From a virus (lineage: Duplodnaviria; Heunggongvirae; Uroviricota; Caudoviricetes): a stretch of DNA of 64,000 nucleotides. The position numbers and the translations under genes are program-made. The stretch covers positions 27,496 through 91,495 of the IMG/VR virus record IMGVR_UViG_3300021318_000003. The stretch is one strand, 5' to 3'. The notes under the pieces were generated by a model, which saw only the letters and a list, made by a program, of their open reading frames with translations, was not told the DNA's origin and searched no databases. Below are positions 63,598 through 64,000 of the stretch, piece by piece. The number at the start of each line of letters is the position of its first letter. The stretch's first letter is position 1.

Positions 63598-64000
63598 GCA
63601 TGGATAACCAGATGGATCTCTTTGCTTCGTATGTAAACAGCTCTTCCGTAAGGGAGGATGGCTCTGCTCTGCGATACGAAGTACCGATGCGCTATGATGC
63701 CGATGAACAGAAAACCACCACGGCAAACATGAGCGCCGAGCTTCCCCGCAACGTGGTGCTCTTCCCCGGCGTCGATACGGCGGATGCGTTGGATGCTCTG
63801 CGGAAGATGAAGAGCAACGGGTATCATGCCAACTACCGTAAGGGTGGTACGCAGACGGTGTATCCCATCAAAAAGATGGAGGAGCTGGAGCGCGTGGCCT
63901 TATGGCTATATGAGAACAAAGACCACAAATATCTCCTCGGTTTCATCCTTGGGATCAACCTCGGACTTCGTGCAAACGAGCTTTTGAAGCTCAGGATGCT
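63598..64000 (+). CDS. tyrosine recombinase/integrase (5' part only; continues past the window)
   Basis: RBS AAAGGAGA; ...KDHKYLLGFILGINLGLRANELLKL resembles the start of an integrase catalytic domain (TGLRxSE-type box). Confidence 0.5.

Overview
The window reads as one densely packed bacteriophage or prophage segment. It is GC-rich and favours GGAGG-type ribosome-binding sites, so the host is probably a Gram-positive anaerobe, but that is a guess. Nearly every gene is on the minus strand and many neighbours overlap by 1-8 nt. The exceptions are a plus-strand XRE-repressor/ImmA-protease pair (40.3-41.6 kb) and a plus-strand tyrosine integrase that starts at 63598 and runs off the window. Recognisable blocks: (1) a replication module: DnaE-type Pol III alpha, a DnaG-primase/DnaB-helicase fusion, a Cas4-like nuclease, SSB and Erf. 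(2) A nucleotide-metabolism module: NrdD/NrdG, an NrdH-like redoxin, dUTPase, a dNMP kinase and an NT5C-like nucleotidase. (3) At least six DNA methyltransferases, several of them cut by 7-9 nt G/C homopolymer tracts. (4) An RNA/tRNA end-repair set: a Thg1-like protein, a P-loop kinase fused to an HD domain, a Pol-beta nucleotidyltransferase, an Rnl2-like ligase, a cysteine desulfurase, tRNA-Ser and a tRNA-like element. (5) A diversity-generating retroelement with RT, Avd-sized ORF, one TR and two VRs, one VR about 13 kb away. (6) An SPFH protein, a tyrosine phosphatase, a J-domain protein and similar accessory genes. (7) A roughly 16-kb array of about 20 promoter-gene-terminator units that share the element GGTTAGCA-N17-TGTWAT and sit next to a sigma-factor-like gene. 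All functional calls come from motifs I recognise in the six-frame translations. No database search was run. Coordinates I read directly from the sequence (promoters, homopolymer tracts, tRNAs, hairpins) may be off by 1-2 nt.
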